Source: Verrucomicrobiia bacterium
Lineage (GTDB): Bacteria > Verrucomicrobiota > Verrucomicrobiia > Limisphaerales > DASXHY01
Assembly: GCA_035765675.1 (NCBI GenBank)
Contig: DASTXC010000007.1
Coordinates: 7,696-71,695 of the forward strand
Direction of reading: 5' to 3'
DNA length: 64,000 nt
Part shown: positions 61,375 to 64,000 of the stretch, in pieces
How positions within the stretch are numbered: position 1 is the first letter of the stretch
Layout of the letters: each line of letters begins with the position of its first letter
Position numbers and translations under genes: made by a program
Notes under the pieces: generated by a model
Databases searched by the model: none
What the model was told of the DNA's origin: nothing
Seen by the model: only the letters and a program-made list of their open reading frames with translations

Positions 61375-61974
61375 ATGTCTATGGACGAGTTGATTCCAAC
61401 CCGAGCGACTTTGCTCAATCGACTTAAAGATTTGCAGGATCAGCCGAGTTGGCGCGACTTCTACAACATCTATTCCCGGCTCATTCTCGATCGCGGTTTC
61501 AAAGCCGGATTGACGCGGGTGGAAGCGGAAGATGTGTTGCAGGAAACCATGGTCACCGTCGCGCGGCACATGCCGACCTTTCAATACGATCCCAGTATTG
61601 GCTCGTTCAAATCGTGGTTGTTTACGATCACGAAATGGCGCATTGCAGATCAATTGCGCAAACGCGAACCGGGCAACAAATCGTCTGAAACCGCGACAAT
61701 GGAAAGCATTGTCGATCCCACGACGGATCAGATCGATGCCGGCTGGGAAAAGGAATGGGAACAAAGCGTGGTGGAAGCGGCGATGGCGAACATCAAGCAT
61801 CGCGTCGATCCCGAGAAATTTCAGATGTTCGATCTCACCGCCACCAAGGGAATGAAACCGGATCGCGTGGCCGAATTGTTTCAGTTGCCGGTCAGCCAGG
61901 TTTATTTGGCGCGGCATCGCGTGAAGGAGTTGTTGGTGGATGAAGTGGAGCGTTTGAAACACGCGATCACTTAG
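61375..61974 (+). CDS. ECF-type sigma-70 factor
   Basis: Region 2 is EAEDVLQETMVTVARHMPTFQYDPSIGSFKSWLFTI. Region 4 is RVAELFQLPVSQVYLARHRV. The start was chosen at 61375 and the longest ORF begins at 61336. Confidence 0.8.
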   Translation: MSMDELIPTRATLLNRLKDLQDQPSWRDFYNIYSRLILDRGFKAGLTRVEAEDVLQETMVTVARHMPTFQYDPSIGSFKSWLFTITKWRIADQLRKREPGNKSSETATMESIVDPTTDQIDAGWEKEWEQSVVEAAMANIKHRVDPEKFQMFDLTATKGMKPDRVAELFQLPVSQVYLARHRVKELLVDEVERLKHAIT

Positions 61975-62060
61975 CTGTCAGGGGCAGAACGGTTTTTTTC
62001 TTCGGGTGGATTTTCTTCCTTGGGGCTTTCTTTAATCGGGTGATCGAAGCGGAGTCCGTT

Positions 62061-62205
62061 CACTCTCGCCCCATGAGGAACGAACGGGGAGAGAGCCGGA
62101 GAGAGGGGATTTTGAGTTTCTCGTCCGATTGAAGTTTCAAATGGTCAGAAACCTCCTCTCCCGACCCTCCTCCTTCCTTCGTCAGGAAGAGAGGGAGCAT
62201 GATCG
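62061..62205 (+). repeat. dispersed REP/MITE-like repeat, family 1 (full copy)
   Basis: cactctcgccccatgaggaacgaacggggagagagccggagagagggg ... ttccttcgtcaggaagagaggg. Confidence 0.8.
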
Positions 62206-62286
62206 TCAGTTTTGTCGCGTCTCGTTCCTTCAGTTGCCTTTCGCTCCTCGCGACATTGTTCGTTGTTGCTTCAGCCGTGAGAACTC

Positions 62287-62889
62287 TTGGCTCAACGTCA
62301 AGCGCAATCAGGCTTGGCAGGTTTTCCGGATTTCCCTAAGGTCACTTCCGTGATTGGCCTTTTGCGATTGATCGGAGTGTTCAACGCGGCGATCTGGTTG
62401 GGCGGAGCAGTCTTCTTTGCTGCTGTGGCCAGTCCGGCGCTCAGTTCTGACGCAATGTCTGCGGTGCTCCAGCCGAGGAATTTTCCTTATTTTTCTCCCG
62501 CGATTCTGCATGTCGCGCTCTCAGCTTATTTTGAATTTTCCATTGTCTGCGCGTTGATCGCGCTGCTGCATCTGTCCATCGAATGGATGTATCTCGGACG
62601 GCCCGCATCGCGAAAATTTCCGCTGGGTCTGCTGCTCGGTCTGCTGGTTTATGCGATGGTCGGATCGAATCTTTTGGCGCCGCATTTGAAGCGTCTTCAC
62701 GCGACGCATTTTTCAGCCGCAGCCAAGCCGGTGGAACGCGTGATTGCCGGCAAATCCTATCATCGCTGGCGCGTTTTTGTGTCGGTCATGGACTTCGTGA
62801 TGGTGGGCAGTCTGGTCGTTTATTTCTGGCGGATTACCAAACCTTCTGACACCCCGCGCTTCATCAGTTCCGTAAAATTCCGGGGTTGA
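62287..62889 (+). CDS. four-TM membrane protein (DUF4149/TMEM205-like)
   Basis: The hydrophobic helices include LLRLIGVFNAAIWLGGAVFFAAV. The start is uncertain. Confidence 0.5.
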   Translation: MAQRQAQSGLAGFPDFPKVTSVIGLLRLIGVFNAAIWLGGAVFFAAVASPALSSDAMSAVLQPRNFPYFSPAILHVALSAYFEFSIVCALIALLHLSIEWMYLGRPASRKFPLGLLLGLLVYAMVGSNLLAPHLKRLHATHFSAAAKPVERVIAGKSYHRWRVFVSVMDFVMVGSLVVYFWRITKPSDTPRFISSVKFRG

Positions 62890-62962
62890 CCAAATATAGG
62901 TTATCGTCAAAGGTTTAGACATTAAACCAACGAGCGCCTCGGGGCGTCTCACGGGAATAAGT

Positions 62963-63247
62963 ATGATCTCAAACGAACGACCATCGCCTTACGGTAACCG
63001 CCCTCCCTACGGATCACCAAAGCCTCCCGTAAACGAACAGACTCTGAAGACTGACCGGGTCCAGATTGAACGGAAAATGTTCGTCTTCACGCTGAAGGAA
63101 AATCCACGCGGCCGCTTCCTGCGCATAACGGAAGATGTCGGTGGCCGGCGCGATACAATCATCATTCCGGCTCCGGGCCTGGAAGATTTCAAGAAGCTTC
63201 TGGATGAAATGGTGAAGACTGCGGCAGAAACTCCTCCGAAAGCCTGA
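62963..63247 (+). CDS. bacterial Pur-alpha-like ssDNA/RNA-binding protein (DUF3276)
   Basis: The sequence is LKTDRVQIERKMFVFTLKENPRGRFLRITEDVGGRRDTIIIPAPGLEDF. Confidence 0.8.
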   Translation: MISNERPSPYGNRPPYGSPKPPVNEQTLKTDRVQIERKMFVFTLKENPRGRFLRITEDVGGRRDTIIIPAPGLEDFKKLLDEMVKTAAETPPKA

Positions 63248-63293
63248 ACGCTTTCTGATTCTCTCTCCTCCGGCGTTTCCGCCGGTTTGCGGA

Positions 63294-63698
63294 CTAACGG
63301 GCAGCTTTGCTTTTTGCTGAGCTTTTTCGCGGTTTAACTCTCGGTGCATCGCCCCAAAGTGTTTCCAGGTCGTACTTTTCCCGCACGTCCTGTTTCATCA
63401 CGTGGACGATGACATCGAAGTAATCCAACACAATCCAGGCTGTCTGCAATGCGCCGTCCACCGCCCGCGGACGAAGCTCGTAATCATCCCGCAAATGATC
63501 CGTGATTTCATTCACGATGGCCCGTAAATGCGGCTCGCTCGTGCCGGAGGCAATCACGAAATAATCCGTCACCGACGACAGCTCACGCACGTCGAGGATC
63601 GTGATATTTTCCGCCTTTTTGTCATCTGCAAATCCGCGGCAAAGCAAAGCCAGTTTTTTTGAATCCATCGGAGGGAACAATGCCCCGGCCCCGCTCAA
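63294..63698 (-). CDS. rsfS: ribosome silencing factor RsfS (Iojap)
   Basis: The motifs are ENITILDVRELSSVTDYFVIASGTS..HLRAI and DYFDVIVHVM..REKYDLE.LW. Confidence 0.9.
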   Translation of the reverse strand: MSGAGALFPPMDSKKLALLCRGFADDKKAENITILDVRELSSVTDYFVIASGTSEPHLRAIVNEITDHLRDDYELRPRAVDGALQTAWIVLDYFDVIVHVMKQDVREKYDLETLWGDAPRVKPRKSSAKSKAAR

Positions 63699-64000
63699 AG
63701 ATAAAGCCGATTGTTGTGAATCGCTTCCGCCACCGGGGAGGAAACCAGATGATCAATCGGCAAACCGGCTTTGACCCGGGCGCGAATTTCCGATGACGAA
63801 ACGCCCAGCGGAAAACCTTTCAAACGCCGGCCCCGAAACGGCGGGGGAAATTCCACTTCCGCCTGGCCGGGACGCGGAATCACGACAAACTCCGCCAGCC
63901 GCGACAGTTCTTCCGCGGCGCGCCATTGCGGGAGTTTGGCAACGTGATCCCCGCCGATCAGATAAAACAGTTCCGCGCCCGGAAAACGTTTCGCGTAATC
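63695..64000 (-). CDS. nadD: nicotinate-nucleotide adenylyltransferase NadD, C-terminal part (5' end outside window)
   Basis: The frame is open to nt 64000. It reads ..ELFYLIGGDHVAKLPQWRAAEELSRLAEFVVIPRPG..VSSSEIRARVKAGLPIDHLV. Confidence 0.85.
   Translation of the reverse strand, partial: DYAKRFPGAELFYLIGGDHVAKLPQWRAAEELSRLAEFVVIPRPGQAEVEFPPPFRGRRLKGFPLGVSSSEIRARVKAGLPIDHLVSSPVAEAIHNNRLYL

Overview
By-eye reading of a moderately GC-rich bacterial chromosome segment. The protein repertoire (RHS, IPT/TIG, FecR-TPR, CHASE2/3 sensors, dense REP-like repeats) suggests a Verrucomicrobiota/PVC-type organism, but that is inference only. The window splits into three parts. (1) About 1.8-17.3 kb is an integrated, non-self-transmissible mobile element. 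Its backbone is an MTase-like gene, RadC, three small ORFs, a CHC2-Toprim primase, a replication-relaxation protein, a T4CP-like ATPase and a large serine recombinase. It carries visibly AT-richer cargo: a tight four-gene cassette (SET methyltransferase, SDR, orphan protein, guanylate-kinase-like P-loop protein), an IS5/IS427-group IS, and an OLD-family nuclease plus LexA-type wHTH cassette. That last cassette sits between perfect 31-nt direct repeats, so it looks inserted into the 3' end of the recombinase gene. (2) 17.3-39.5 kb is accessory DNA. It holds XRE and a degenerate RuvC-like gene, a PLD nuclease with a TPR protein, an IS1182-family IS that splits an ORF, and a 1839-aa RHS protein with a PD-(D/E)xK-like C-terminal toxin and a YwqK/MORN immunity gene. 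It also holds a low-GC islet encoding HTH, PP2C, a Hanks kinase with an FHA-like tail, and a Hanks kinase fused to a cold-shock domain. I rate this islet the best candidate for an undescribed conflict/defence module. A second, partial RHS toxin plus immunity pair sits at the left edge. (3) 39.5-64 kb is mostly housekeeping and signalling: M29 aminopeptidase, LysR, hybrid HK, PNP, MoeB-rhodanese, two ECF sigma loci, RidA, RmuC, MCP, CHASE2 kinase, a FecR-TPR-barrel giant, Pur-alpha-like protein, RsfS and NadD. It is peppered with at least three dispersed repeat families. I found no rRNA, complete tRNA or CRISPR array. All domain calls come from motif recognition, not searches. Coordinates of small elements were counted by hand and may be off by 1-2 nt.
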